DNA of 59,369 nucleotides from Candidatus Gottesmanbacteria bacterium (GCA_043798445.1 JAZDOQ010000016.1:1-59369), one strand, 5' to 3'. Numbered from the stretch's first letter, positions 38,597-48,385 are shown. Translations and numbers: made by a program. Notes: generated by a model from the letters alone, not told the origin.

Positions 38597-40093
38597 ATGA
38601 AAAAATCAACGTTACTACTGATAATTATTATATCCGTGATTTTGATTATTGCGGCTGTTCCCCGTTCTGTTGAAGTATTCAGTCAAAATTTTATTTTTGG
38701 ATATGATCAGGGTAAGCACTGGCTAGCGGCAAAGTCGATTGTTATTGATCATAAATTTCCACTTATTGGCGATGAAGTGGGTGGTGCGAGAGGTTTTTTT
38801 CAGGGATCCGGTTGGTTTTATCTCTTGGCAGTTCCGTTTTTACTTTTTCAGGGTAACCCCTATGGTGGCATTGTGCTCATGTTTTTAATTGGAATGATGA
38901 TGGTTATCGGTGCATTGTGGCTATTTGCGAGAAATTTTGGAGTAAAAAAAGCATTGGTAATCGGACTATGTTTTGCCTTGTCACCGGTTTTTATTGAAAT
39001 ATCAAGATTTGCTTGGCCTCCGTATGTCATTCCGCCGTTAATGGTTGTGTATTTGTACTGCGTATATCGAATTATTAAAGCTGAATATATCTATATTCCG
39101 ATTCTTTCTTTTGTCGTTGGTATGATGGCTCATTTTGAGATCGCCACAGCTGGGACACTTCTTATTACTACTATTTGTATGGGGTTGCCGTACATACTAT
39201 GGAAAAAAGTACCGTTTCGTTATATTGCATGGTCAGGTTTAGCGTTTATTATTCCACTAACACCTCTCATTATTTTTGATCTTCGTCATGATTTTTTAAA
39301 TATCCGCGGAGTGATAGCTACGTTTTTTGGACCATCACAAAACGGTCTTCCACGTTCTGATATGACCCATACATTTGCCAATCATTGGCTTATATTCAGC
39401 AGTGATTTTTTTCGTGCGTTTCAGGTAAAATATTTGACAAAAATCGGAAGTCTCGTCGTATTGTTATTAGGTATTCCCTTGTTATGGAATAAAAGAATTG
39501 AAAAACATGAACGTACATTCGTTGCATTTTTATATGCATTTCCTGCTGTGTTATTTATTGTTCTTATGGCGTATCGAAATGACTTATGGGGATGGTGGAT
39601 TCTTGAACTTCCTGTCGTAAGCTGTATTCTATTGGGGTTGGTTCTTTCTAACATGTGGACAAGAAAACAAATTGTTTGGAGAATTATTGTTGTAGCCGCA
39701 ATTGCGCTTATGTTTGCAGGTTACCTTCGTTCAGCAATAAACTTTTGGGATTATGATTATAAAGATTATGGTGGTACGCATAAAATGAGGGGGAAAAGCG
39801 ACGCGATAGATTTTATATTTTCTGATGCCAAGTCGAAAAATTTCGGACTCTTTGTCTTTGCACCGCCGATTTATACATATCCGTATGATTTTATTTTGTG
39901 GTGGAAAGGGCGTATGTACGGGTATCAACCACCACAAGAAAAAAAGCAGACCTATTATTTATTGGCAGAACCAGATCCTGAGAAACCATGGACGTATAAA
40001 GGATGGATGGAAACAGCAGTTACCGGCGGAACGGATATACAAACGTGGACGTTACCTTCTGGTTTTATTGTGGTGAAACGTTCGATGCCATAA
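38597..40093 (+). CDS. Polytopic membrane protein of an unnamed family, putative GT-C-type
   Basis: ATG 38597 (MKKSTLLLII) lies 1 nt after the upstream stop. First loop GYDQGKHWLAAKSIVIDHKFPLIGDEVGG..GFFQGSGWFY. Paralogue of 44199..45677 (GPEQGRDMLVIRDIVVNHKLTLIGSKTD..GIFHGPIFYY). Soluble C-terminal domain of about 120 aa. Confidence 0.5.
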   Translation: MKKSTLLLIIIISVILIIAAVPRSVEVFSQNFIFGYDQGKHWLAAKSIVIDHKFPLIGDEVGGARGFFQGSGWFYLLAVPFLLFQGNPYGGIVLMFLIGMMMVIGALWLFARNFGVKKALVIGLCFALSPVFIEISRFAWPPYVIPPLMVVYLYCVYRIIKAEYIYIPILSFVVGMMAHFEIATAGTLLITTICMGLPYILWKKVPFRYIAWSGLAFIIPLTPLIIFDLRHDFLNIRGVIATFFGPSQNGLPRSDMTHTFANHWLIFSSDFFRAFQVKYLTKIGSLVVLLLGIPLLWNKRIEKHERTFVAFLYAFPAVLFIVLMAYRNDLWGWWILELPVVSCILLGLVLSNMWTRKQIVWRIIVVAAIALMFAGYLRSAINFWDYDYKDYGGTHKMRGKSDAIDFIFSDAKSKNFGLFVFAPPIYTYPYDFILWWKGRMYGYQPPQEKKQTYYLLAEPDPEKPWTYKGWMETAVTGGTDIQTWTLPSGFIVVKRSMP

Positions 40094-40114
40094 ACAAGTA
40101 GAGTCTATGCAAAT

Positions 40115-41767
40115 ATGATGAAATGTATAAAAAAATATAGTGTGCTCATTCTTCTTATCGTGGCGCTAATTCCCATGGTCGCCTTTTTGAATCAAGGACT
40201 CCCAATTACACATGATGGACAAGATCATGTAGCGCGCATTGCAAATTTTTATCGTTCGTTAAGTGAAGGAAACGTCATTCCACGATGGGCTGCAAATTTA
40301 AATTGGGGATATGGTCATCCGATACTAATGTTTTTATATCCGTTACCATCGTATATTGCGTCCTTATTTCACGCTGTCGGTTTATCATTTGTGGATAGCA
40401 CAAAGCTTGTGTTCGTTATCGCCTATGTTGCAAGTGGGCTTGCGATGTATATATGGATGAAAGAAGCATTCGGAAAACGCGTGGGCGTAATCGGATCAAT
40501 CCTATATCTATTTGCTCCGTATCGATTTGTAGATATATATGTTCGAGGAGCAATAGGTGAACATGTGGCATTTATATTTCCACCACTCGTTTTGTATTTT
40601 CTTTACAAATTGGCAAAAGATAGAAAAAATACGTTTACCGGCATTGGATTAAGTGTGTCGATGGCATGTTTTATTTTATCTCACAATGCAATTTCCATCA
40701 TGTTTCTACCGATTATCGGTTTGTATCTTCTGTATGTATTCTTCACTGATGGAAAGAAATCGAATGGGTTTCTTTTAACAAGCGTATGGTATTTGCTTCT
40801 CGGCTTTGGTTTATCGTCCTTCTTTTTACTTCCTGCGTTTTTTGAAGGGAAGTATACGCTCCGTGACATTGTGACTTCAGGAGAAGCAATGCAGCGATTT
40901 GTACCGCCTTTGATGTTCTTATACTCTCCGTGGAACTACGGAGGAGGGAATGATATTACAAAAATGATTGGTTTATCACAATTGATTGGACTGGGAGCCG
41001 CAATTGCGCTGTGGCTTAAAACGAAAGAACTAAGCAAGAAAATTATTATGTCTGTTCTTTTTGTATTGTTTATTGGCTCTTTGTTTATGATGACAGAGTG
41101 GTCAAGAATACTATGGACAAATATAACGCTGTTGCAAAAATTTCAATTTCCTTGGCGATTTTTGAGCGTTTCAACTTTTCTTGCCGCAGCGCTTGGAGGT
41201 TTGGCTGTTGCAGCTTTTACATTGAAATCAAAGATAACGACAGCAATCGTATTAAGTGTTTTCTGTGTCTTTTCAGTTGTAAGTACGATACATATGTGGC
41301 AACCAAAAGGATATCAGCAAAAAGGTGAGTCATTTTACACTGGTATATATTTAAGTACGACCGATACGGGAGAGAGCAGTCCGATTTGGTCAACGCGCTT
41401 CATGGAATATGTGTACGACCGTCCGATAACGGTAATTGATGGTGCTGCAGCCATAAAAGAAATAAAACGGACATCAATTGTTCATGAGTATGAGATCGAT
41501 GTTGCAAAGCCAACACGATTTGTAGAAAACACGGTATATTTTCCTGGATGGAATGTGTTTGTTGATGGAAGAAAAATGGATATTGAATTTCAAGATCCAA
41601 ACCATCGAGGGTTACTAACGTTTTATGCACCAGAAGGAAAACATATCGTTCGTGTTCAATTTGAAGATACTAAACTACGGTTTATGGCCAATATTATCAG
41701 TGTTGTATCGCTAGGTGTACTTATTCTTGGCGGAGTGATACTTTCTTTATGGAGGAAAAAAGTATGA
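40115..41767 (+). CDS. Polytopic membrane protein of the PTPS-related / COG5617 family
   Basis: Motifs ITHDGQDHVARI, SEGNVIPRWAANLNWGYGHPILMFLYPLPSY and FQFPWRFL. C-terminal VYFPGWNVFVDGRK..FQDPNHRGLLTFYAPEGKH, then a terminal TM. Confidence 0.7.
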   Translation: MMKCIKKYSVLILLIVALIPMVAFLNQGLPITHDGQDHVARIANFYRSLSEGNVIPRWAANLNWGYGHPILMFLYPLPSYIASLFHAVGLSFVDSTKLVFVIAYVASGLAMYIWMKEAFGKRVGVIGSILYLFAPYRFVDIYVRGAIGEHVAFIFPPLVLYFLYKLAKDRKNTFTGIGLSVSMACFILSHNAISIMFLPIIGLYLLYVFFTDGKKSNGFLLTSVWYLLLGFGLSSFFLLPAFFEGKYTLRDIVTSGEAMQRFVPPLMFLYSPWNYGGGNDITKMIGLSQLIGLGAAIALWLKTKELSKKIIMSVLFVLFIGSLFMMTEWSRILWTNITLLQKFQFPWRFLSVSTFLAAALGGLAVAAFTLKSKITTAIVLSVFCVFSVVSTIHMWQPKGYQQKGESFYTGIYLSTTDTGESSPIWSTRFMEYVYDRPITVIDGAAAIKEIKRTSIVHEYEIDVAKPTRFVENTVYFPGWNVFVDGRKMDIEFQDPNHRGLLTFYAPEGKHIVRVQFEDTKLRFMANIISVVSLGVLILGGVILSLWRKKV

Positions 41768-42525
41768 AATTATCTGTTTCACTAGCGGTTCACAATGAAG
41801 AACAAACAATTGAAGATTGTTTGCGTTCAATAGTTTCTTTTGCTGATGAGATTGTTGTTGTTGACGGTGCATCAACAGATAAGACAGTTGAGCTTGCTAA
41901 AAAATTTACACAAAAGGTTATCAAAACAGATAATCCAACAATTTTTCATATCAATAAACAAAAAGCGCTTGACGCGTGCACGGGAGAATGGATATTACAA
42001 CTCGATGCTGATGAACGGGTACCTGATGCGCTTCATGAGGAAATAGTGCAAACAATCGAAAAACCGCAAGGTAAGCATGGGTACTATATTCCCCGACGTA
42101 ATTATTTCTGGGGACATTTTATGAAAAAGGGCGGGCAATATCCTGATTACGTGATTAGGCTTGTAAAGCGTGGGTTTGCAACTTTTCCTTGTAAGTCGGT
42201 GCATGAGCAAATAGCTATTGATGGGGAGGTTGGGTATTTAAAGGAACCAATGGATCATATTTCGTATCGTACAAAAGAAGATTATTGGAAAAAGGCAAAT
42301 ACATACACAACATTAAGCGCGTTAGAGATGGAAAAGAATAATATTCCAAAAACTATAGTATCGTGGTGTTTATACAATCTGTTCTATCCTATACAAATAT
42401 TTTTCTCTCTTTTTATTCGACACAAAGGGTTTATAGATGGATGGTATGGGTTAGTATTTGCTTATTGGTCAGCACTCCATCACCCAATCGCGTACAAAAA
42501 ATATATACAGATGAAACATATATGA
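41764..42525 (+). CDS. GT2 glycosyltransferase (WaaE/KdtX-like subgroup)
   Basis: ATG 41764 forms an ATGA overlap. Motifs SVSLAVHNEE, VVDGASTDKT, LDADE, YPDYVIRLVKR and VHEQ. Confidence 0.75.
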   Translation: MKLSVSLAVHNEEQTIEDCLRSIVSFADEIVVVDGASTDKTVELAKKFTQKVIKTDNPTIFHINKQKALDACTGEWILQLDADERVPDALHEEIVQTIEKPQGKHGYYIPRRNYFWGHFMKKGGQYPDYVIRLVKRGFATFPCKSVHEQIAIDGEVGYLKEPMDHISYRTKEDYWKKANTYTTLSALEMEKNNIPKTIVSWCLYNLFYPIQIFFSLFIRHKGFIDGWYGLVFAYWSALHHPIAYKKYIQMKHI

Positions 42526-43058
42526 AACATGTCGTCATTATAGTATTCCTATTCGGTATTTTTTTTTATCCTATATCACGGGTTCAAGCTGACTATGTTC
42601 TTCCATACCCTTCATATATGCCAGGAAATAAACTATATCAGGTGTCTCGATTGATTGAGAGGATAAAGAAATATTGGTCATGGGGAATGTTGGCGCAAAC
42701 AAAGTATCAGCTATCACTTTCAGATAAATACTTAGTTGAGGCAAAAACGTTATTTGAATATCGGCAATACCTGTTAGGCGTTTCTGCACTGCAACGGTCA
42801 AACGATGCATTTGACGTGCTTCCAGCATTAGTTACTGCTTCAAAAAAAGAAGGAAAAAGTATTGTTAATATGGCAAAAATAATTGCTGACGCTGGAATGG
42901 AGCATGAACGAGTTTTGGAAGAAATGAAAATGAAGGTTCCGGGTTCTTTCACCTGGTCTCCGGAACAAGAACGGTCCACGGAATTATCTCTTCATTCTTT
43001 GGTACAAAAAGCAATAGAACTTCGTGCTTCGCGAGTTGCGGAGATTAAAACACTCTAA
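42522..43058 (+). CDS. Small secreted or membrane-anchored helical protein, DUF5667-like
   Basis: ATG 42522 forms an ATGA overlap with the upstream stop. N-terminal signal or anchor MKHVVIIVFLFGIFFYPISRVQA, then VLPYPSYMPGNKLYQVSRLIERIK..SLSDKYLVEAK. This resembles the DUF5667 pattern common in CPR bacteria, from memory. Confidence 0.5.
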   Translation: MKHVVIIVFLFGIFFYPISRVQADYVLPYPSYMPGNKLYQVSRLIERIKKYWSWGMLAQTKYQLSLSDKYLVEAKTLFEYRQYLLGVSALQRSNDAFDVLPALVTASKKEGKSIVNMAKIIADAGMEHERVLEEMKMKVPGSFTWSPEQERSTELSLHSLVQKAIELRASRVAEIKTL

Positions 43059-43059
43059 T

Positions 43060-44202
43060 ATGGGTTTATTCGTAAAAATACTATTCGTCTTTACCATTGC
43101 AGTCCTTACCTTGTGTTCTTTTGGTTTTGTGGATCCGAATATGGTCTTATCGACGCATCCATGGTATCTAGCTCTTCATAATCCGTTATTTCAACTGGTC
43201 TATCAGAATCGTCCGTATATGACCGGTTTATTCTTTATATTACTTTGTACTTTATTCTTTTGTTATATGTACACAGTACGTCATGCTGATACAGCTTCAT
43301 TTTCAAGAAAAAAAATATTGCCTTTCTTGATTATGGGTGTTGTTCTTCTTATTTTTTCTTACCCTGCATTAAGTTATGACTTATTTAACTATATGACAAC
43401 AGCAAAAGTTGCATATACCCATCATGAAAATCCATATCTTGTGATGCCTATTGAAATTACGAATGAACCGTATTTGGCATTTACTCGTGCAGCAAATAAA
43501 GTTGCCCTTTATGGGCCGGTGTGGATCCTAATAACTGCTATTCCTCACGTAATTGGTTCTTCCACCATTTGGGGTTCAATTATCGCATTTAAGCTTTTAA
43601 ACGCGCTGATGTACGTCGTGTTTGCCTTCCTTATATATAGAATGACGAAATCATGGAAGAATGTGTTATTTTTTGTTCTTAATCCATTAATTCTTATTGA
43701 AGTACTTATCTCAGGGCACAACGATATCTATATGATGGTGTTTGCAGTGCTTGGAATATTTCTTTGGGAAAGAAAGGGTGTGGGGAATAAAATTGGAGCC
43801 GCATTGTCATTTGTCGCTTCATTTTTAATTAAAGGAGCAACACTGGTATTATTGCCCTTATTGCTAGTAAAAAAACTGTCTCAAGAACGATTGATATTGT
43901 GGGCTTATTGGTTGCTAGCATTTGTATTTTTTGCGTTTGCTCCGCTTCGTGAAGAATTATATCCGTGGTATGCAGTTTGGCTTGTGGGGATAGCGTCGCT
44001 TCTTGATATGAAAAAATATTCAATACTTATATGGTTTACGGTTGTATTGACGTTTGCACTCGAACTTCGGCATCTCCCTTATATGTTGATGGGGTATTAT
44101 GAAGGACCGGGACCGATGCTTCGTAGTGTATGTACGATAGTACCAATTGGTATGTATATCCTATATGTTGTAAGGAAAAATGTATTGAAGAAAACAAAAT
44201 GA
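43060..44202 (+). CDS. Polytopic membrane protein, putative GT-C glycosyltransferase (DUF2029/PimE- or Gpi18-like)
   Basis: ATG 43060 (MGLFVKILFVF). Motifs LSYDLFNYMTTAK..NPY..YGPVW and SGHNDIYMMVFAVLGIFLW. Paralogue of 1542..2711. Confidence 0.55.
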   Translation: MGLFVKILFVFTIAVLTLCSFGFVDPNMVLSTHPWYLALHNPLFQLVYQNRPYMTGLFFILLCTLFFCYMYTVRHADTASFSRKKILPFLIMGVVLLIFSYPALSYDLFNYMTTAKVAYTHHENPYLVMPIEITNEPYLAFTRAANKVALYGPVWILITAIPHVIGSSTIWGSIIAFKLLNALMYVVFAFLIYRMTKSWKNVLFFVLNPLILIEVLISGHNDIYMMVFAVLGIFLWERKGVGNKIGAALSFVASFLIKGATLVLLPLLLVKKLSQERLILWAYWLLAFVFFAFAPLREELYPWYAVWLVGIASLLDMKKYSILIWFTVVLTFALELRHLPYMLMGYYEGPGPMLRSVCTIVPIGMYILYVVRKNVLKKTK

Positions 44203-45677
44203 AAAAATTTACCACCATCATCGTACTATGTATTCTATTTTGTAGTGCGGTATGGCTACGGTGGCATCTGTTGCCAAGCCATCTTTTTTTTGGACCGGAG
44301 CAGGGAAGGGATATGCTCGTGATTCGAGATATTGTTGTGAATCACAAGTTAACGCTTATTGGATCAAAAACAGATATTTCCGGAATATTCCACGGTCCTA
44401 TTTTCTATTATCTTTCAGCAATACCATTTGCTGTAACAAAAGGAAATCCACTTGCTGTATCGTTTTTCATGATACTTATTCAAAGTATTGGTGTGTTGTT
44501 TATGTATCTTCTCGGTAGGGATATTACCAAAAGTAAGCGCGTCGGATTGATAGCAGCCGTTTTTTACACGATATCGTTTTTAGGAGTGGTGTATGGACGA
44601 TGGTTATCAAATCCACCCCTTTCTATTCCGCTTTCACTCATAGGTGTGTGGAGCATGCTGCGTTTTCTTCAGGGAGAGAAGCGATATATATTTTTGACTG
44701 CAATATCATTTGCGTGTTTAGGACAAGCAGAGTTTATTAATTTTTTATTATTTGCCGGTATTGTATGTGTTGTCGTTATCCGTTTTTGGAAGAGAATTCG
44801 GGTCACTCCGGTATCATTTATCGGTTTAGGATTGATGGTAGGTCTTGCTGTATCCCTTGGAAATTATGTGTTGTTTGATATTCGTCATGAATTTTTAATT
44901 TCAAAAAGCGTTCTGGGGCTTATGAGCGGTGCTTCCGGGTATGGCACGACGCTGTTTGACTCAATGAAAAGCGCATCACTCATGTTTGCTTCTCAATTTG
45001 CCATGACATTTGGAATTGTGTCGTGGAAAATAGGAGCTTCATGTATGGCGATTACCCTGTGTGTACTCCTCATTGAACGGAAGCGACATGAATATGTTGA
45101 TTTAGTCATTATGTGGCTTCTTGTGCCACTCCTTATCCTTATGGGGTTGCGGCATAGCGTACTTGAACAATTGTATGTCGGTTTGGTGCCCGGAATGATT
45201 CTTGCTGCGGCTATTGTTGTTGAATTTTTTATTAAAAAAGTAAGAATCGCGGGCATTGGTCTTGGTATGTGTGTGATAGTCATGAACGTGTACGCATATA
45301 CACAGTATCTGCCAACGAATTCCCACGTTTTTTTCCAAAGCCCGCAGCCTAATGTTAGATACCAGGATCAGCTAAAGGTAGTTGATGGTATTTATCGGCT
45401 AGCAAATGGTAAGGATTTCTTTTTTCAGTCATACACCATTCCCTATTTCTGGCAAGATGCATGGACGTATCTGTTTTGGTACCAAGGCACAAGACGATAT
45501 GGGTATGTTCCAAAAGAAGAGGAAACATCAGTCGTGTATGTCATTATGCAAAAGGAGCAATCAGATCCTGCGTATCAAGCGAATTGGTATGAAAAAACGG
45601 TAACAACGTGGGGAAAACGTACAGAGGGCTTTACTATTGGAGAATATACTGTTGAAATACGACAGCGAGAACGGTAA
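44199..45677 (+). CDS. Polytopic membrane protein of an unnamed family, putative GT-C-type, paralogue of 38597..40093
   Basis: ATG 44199 (MKKFTTIIVL) forms an ATGA overlap. First loop GPEQGRDMLVIRDIVVNHKLTLIG. Multi-TM with a soluble C-terminal domain. Confidence 0.5.
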   Translation: MKKFTTIIVLCILFCSAVWLRWHLLPSHLFFGPEQGRDMLVIRDIVVNHKLTLIGSKTDISGIFHGPIFYYLSAIPFAVTKGNPLAVSFFMILIQSIGVLFMYLLGRDITKSKRVGLIAAVFYTISFLGVVYGRWLSNPPLSIPLSLIGVWSMLRFLQGEKRYIFLTAISFACLGQAEFINFLLFAGIVCVVVIRFWKRIRVTPVSFIGLGLMVGLAVSLGNYVLFDIRHEFLISKSVLGLMSGASGYGTTLFDSMKSASLMFASQFAMTFGIVSWKIGASCMAITLCVLLIERKRHEYVDLVIMWLLVPLLILMGLRHSVLEQLYVGLVPGMILAAAIVVEFFIKKVRIAGIGLGMCVIVMNVYAYTQYLPTNSHVFFQSPQPNVRYQDQLKVVDGIYRLANGKDFFFQSYTIPYFWQDAWTYLFWYQGTRRYGYVPKEEETSVVYVIMQKEQSDPAYQANWYEKTVTTWGKRTEGFTIGEYTVEIRQRER

Positions 45678-45701
45678 TATGACTTGTTTTTTGTGATGCA
45701 T

Positions 45702-47324
45702 ATGAAAAAACGCCAGGTAATACGATATGTTATGGGTTGTATTTTTATTATTTCTCTTTTTTCGGCTGTGTTGCCTCTTTTTGGACGGTCATATATACCA
45801 ACGCATGACGGCGAATATCATATTATTCGTATTGTTGAATTTGCTAAGATGATGCAACAGGGATACCTTTTTCCTCGATGGGCACCGGATTTAAATAGCG
45901 GGTACGGGATACCGATTTTTCAATATCATTATCCGTTTCCAAATTATGTTGGAGTGGCAATAAGCGGTGTTCTTCATGATGCAGTGCGGTCCTTCCAGAT
46001 GGCGCAGGGGTTTGGATATGTGTTTGCCGTTATTGCACTTTTTGGGTGGCTCTCTGTGCTATTTGGTTTTATTCCGGCTGTGGTCGGAGCTACTATTGGG
46101 GCGTATGTTCCATATTGGTTCGTTGACCTGTATGTGCGTGGTTCGATAGGCGAAGTGTGGGCAACAGCCTTTCTGTTTTGTATATTGTACGTTTCCGAAA
46201 AGAAGAAACACTTTTTAGTTGGTCTTTTTTACGGATTGTTGATTCTTAGTCATAATGTACTCGCGATGGTATATACACCAGTTCTGATTGGATATTTTCT
46301 TATACGAAATAGAAAAAGCTTATGGGCACTTCTTGTCGGACTTGGAATTGCATCATATTTCTGGATACCGGCAGTATTTGAACAACGATTTGTGATGGGG
46401 TTAAACACCGTGAATTTTAGAGAGCATTTTGTGAAGATGTACGAATTATTGATTCCTTCATGGGGAACTGAGTTTTCAGGAAGTAGCATGATGGGGAATA
46501 AAATATCATTTCAAATAGGCGTCATTCCATTTATTGTTCTCTTTGGCTCATTGATAGCTCTTGTTCGTGAAAAAGAAAAGCGGATGAAAGTATTACTATG
46601 GTATTTTATAGCGGTTTTTGTGATGGCTATTTTTATTATGTTGCCATGGTCACAACGACTGTGGGAGTTGATAGTACCAATACAATATATTCAATACCCA
46701 TGGCGTTTACTTTCCTTAGGAATACCCGCGGTTGCTATTGCGGGAGCGTATTGGGTGAGTCGGATGAAAAGACCGTTGGTCGGAATATTGCTCATGGTAT
46801 TGGCAATGTTGTTTTCCTATTCGTATACCCGTCCCGTGCAATATGCATCAAGAAATGAAGCGTATTACACATCAAGATCTAATTTTATGGATGGAACTTC
46901 ATCAATGGGAAATAGTTTTTCAACTATATGGACCGGATGGAAAGAAACCCATCCAAGTTCAGCTCTTAGTATTCAAAATGGTGCGATAACAGCATATATC
47001 ACAACAAAGTATCTGGAAAAGACATTCAAGGTGTTGATGACAGATAGAGGCACTATTACGGTAAATACCGTATATTTTCCTGGGTGGAAAGCATTTGTTG
47101 ATGCAAAAGAGACACCCATTACGTATACTCCGGATGGAATCATACGTATTGCGGTTTCAAAAGGAAGTCATGTGGTCCGGATCGTTTTTGTAGATACAGT
47201 CCCTAGGATTATCGGCAACGTGATATCCGTAATGAGCGTTCTTGGTGTTTTCGTATGGGGGTTATTACCATATATAATGGAGAGAAGGCGGCACAATAGA
47301 AAAGTAGGCAAGAAAAACAAATAA
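45702..47324 (+). CDS. Polytopic membrane protein of the PTPS-related / COG5617 family
   Basis: Motifs PTHDGEYHIIRI, QQGYLFPRWAPDLNSGYGIPIFQYHYPFPNY and IQYPWRLL. C-terminal VYFPGWKAFVDAKE, then a terminal TM and an Arg/Lys-rich tail. Start is uncertain: TTG 45684, ATG 45696 or ATG 45702. Confidence 0.7.
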   Translation: MKKRQVIRYVMGCIFIISLFSAVLPLFGRSYIPTHDGEYHIIRIVEFAKMMQQGYLFPRWAPDLNSGYGIPIFQYHYPFPNYVGVAISGVLHDAVRSFQMAQGFGYVFAVIALFGWLSVLFGFIPAVVGATIGAYVPYWFVDLYVRGSIGEVWATAFLFCILYVSEKKKHFLVGLFYGLLILSHNVLAMVYTPVLIGYFLIRNRKSLWALLVGLGIASYFWIPAVFEQRFVMGLNTVNFREHFVKMYELLIPSWGTEFSGSSMMGNKISFQIGVIPFIVLFGSLIALVREKEKRMKVLLWYFIAVFVMAIFIMLPWSQRLWELIVPIQYIQYPWRLLSLGIPAVAIAGAYWVSRMKRPLVGILLMVLAMLFSYSYTRPVQYASRNEAYYTSRSNFMDGTSSMGNSFSTIWTGWKETHPSSALSIQNGAITAYITTKYLEKTFKVLMTDRGTITVNTVYFPGWKAFVDAKETPITYTPDGIIRIAVSKGSHVVRIVFVDTVPRIIGNVISVMSVLGVFVWGLLPYIMERRRHNRKVGKKNK

Positions 47325-47329
47325 ATACT

Positions 47330-48385
47330 ATGCATATCGCAATTGACATATCCCCACTTTCCTCCGGTCATCAGGGTCGTGGTACCGGTGTATATACAAA
47401 AGAGCTTATTAAGGCATTACAGACGTATGAATCACAGCACACGTATCAATTAGTGGATGGAAAAGATGTGGATGTGAAGAAGGCGGATCTTATTCATTAT
47501 CCATATTTTGATCCTTTTTTCTTAACATTGCCGGTTATTAAGAAAAAACCGACAGTAGTTACTGTCCATGACCTGATACCGCTTGTATTTCCAGATAAGT
47601 TTCCAGCAGGAATACGTGGAAATATTAAATGGCAGATTCAAAAGACGTCACTTCTGGGGGCAACACGTATCATTACTGATTCTGATAGTTCAAAACGAGA
47701 TATTCATATAATTACTGGATTTGATGAACAGAAAATCGATAGGGTATATCTTGCTCAATCGGATGTGTATAAGCCGATTGGTGACAAGACAGTGTTAATT
47801 GCGTTGAGGAAAAAATATGCGATACTCGATCAGTTTATGTTGTATGTAGGAGATGTGAATTGGAACAAAAATATACCTGGATTGCTTCGAGCATACGCTC
47901 ATCTTTTATCTTCTAATGCTCGATTACAGGTAAAACTTGTTCTTGTTGGAAAAGCGTTTACGGATATGAGTCTTAAGGAAATACAGGACATACATGCATT
48001 AATTCAGGAGTTGGGTATTAAGAATCAGATTATCCTTCCAGGATTTGTATCCGAAGAAGATTTGGCAGGTTTGTATTCTATTGCACAGTGTTTGGTGCAG
48101 CCATCATATTATGAAGGATTCGGATTGCCGGTTCTTGAGGCACTTGCATGCGGATGCCCCGTTGTAGCAGCTGACAATTCATCATTGTCAGAGATTATGG
48201 GACCGGCTATTCATGTTCACGCTGACAAAACTGAAAGTATTGCCAACGGTATTCAATCTGTTCTTTCCCTGTCTTCAAAAGAAAAAGATGTGTTACGGGT
48301 AAAAGGATTTGATTGGGTGAAACAATATACGTGGAAAAAGACTGCTCATGAAACAGTGCAAGTGTATGAAAGGAGTGTTACGTGA
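47330..48385 (+). CDS. GT4 (GT-B fold) glycosyltransferase
   Basis: Motifs YEGFGLPVLEALACGCPVV and DNSSLSEI. 351 aa, soluble. Confidence 0.8.
   Translation: MHIAIDISPLSSGHQGRGTGVYTKELIKALQTYESQHTYQLVDGKDVDVKKADLIHYPYFDPFFLTLPVIKKKPTVVTVHDLIPLVFPDKFPAGIRGNIKWQIQKTSLLGATRIITDSDSSKRDIHIITGFDEQKIDRVYLAQSDVYKPIGDKTVLIALRKKYAILDQFMLYVGDVNWNKNIPGLLRAYAHLLSSNARLQVKLVLVGKAFTDMSLKEIQDIHALIQELGIKNQIILPGFVSEEDLAGLYSIAQCLVQPSYYEGFGLPVLEALACGCPVVAADNSSLSEIMGPAIHVHADKTESIANGIQSVLSLSSKEKDVLRVKGFDWVKQYTWKKTAHETVQVYERSVT

Noticed and set aside
42549-42557. Homopolymer tracts inside coding regions: T9 at 42549-42557 and T8 runs near 4844, 6472, 35665 and 44284. These could be phase-variation switches.
   Set aside because: The tracts encode Phe-rich membrane or signal segments in an AT-rich genome, where such runs arise by composition. 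Length 8-9 is marginal for slipped-strand switching, and no population variation is visible from a single sequence.
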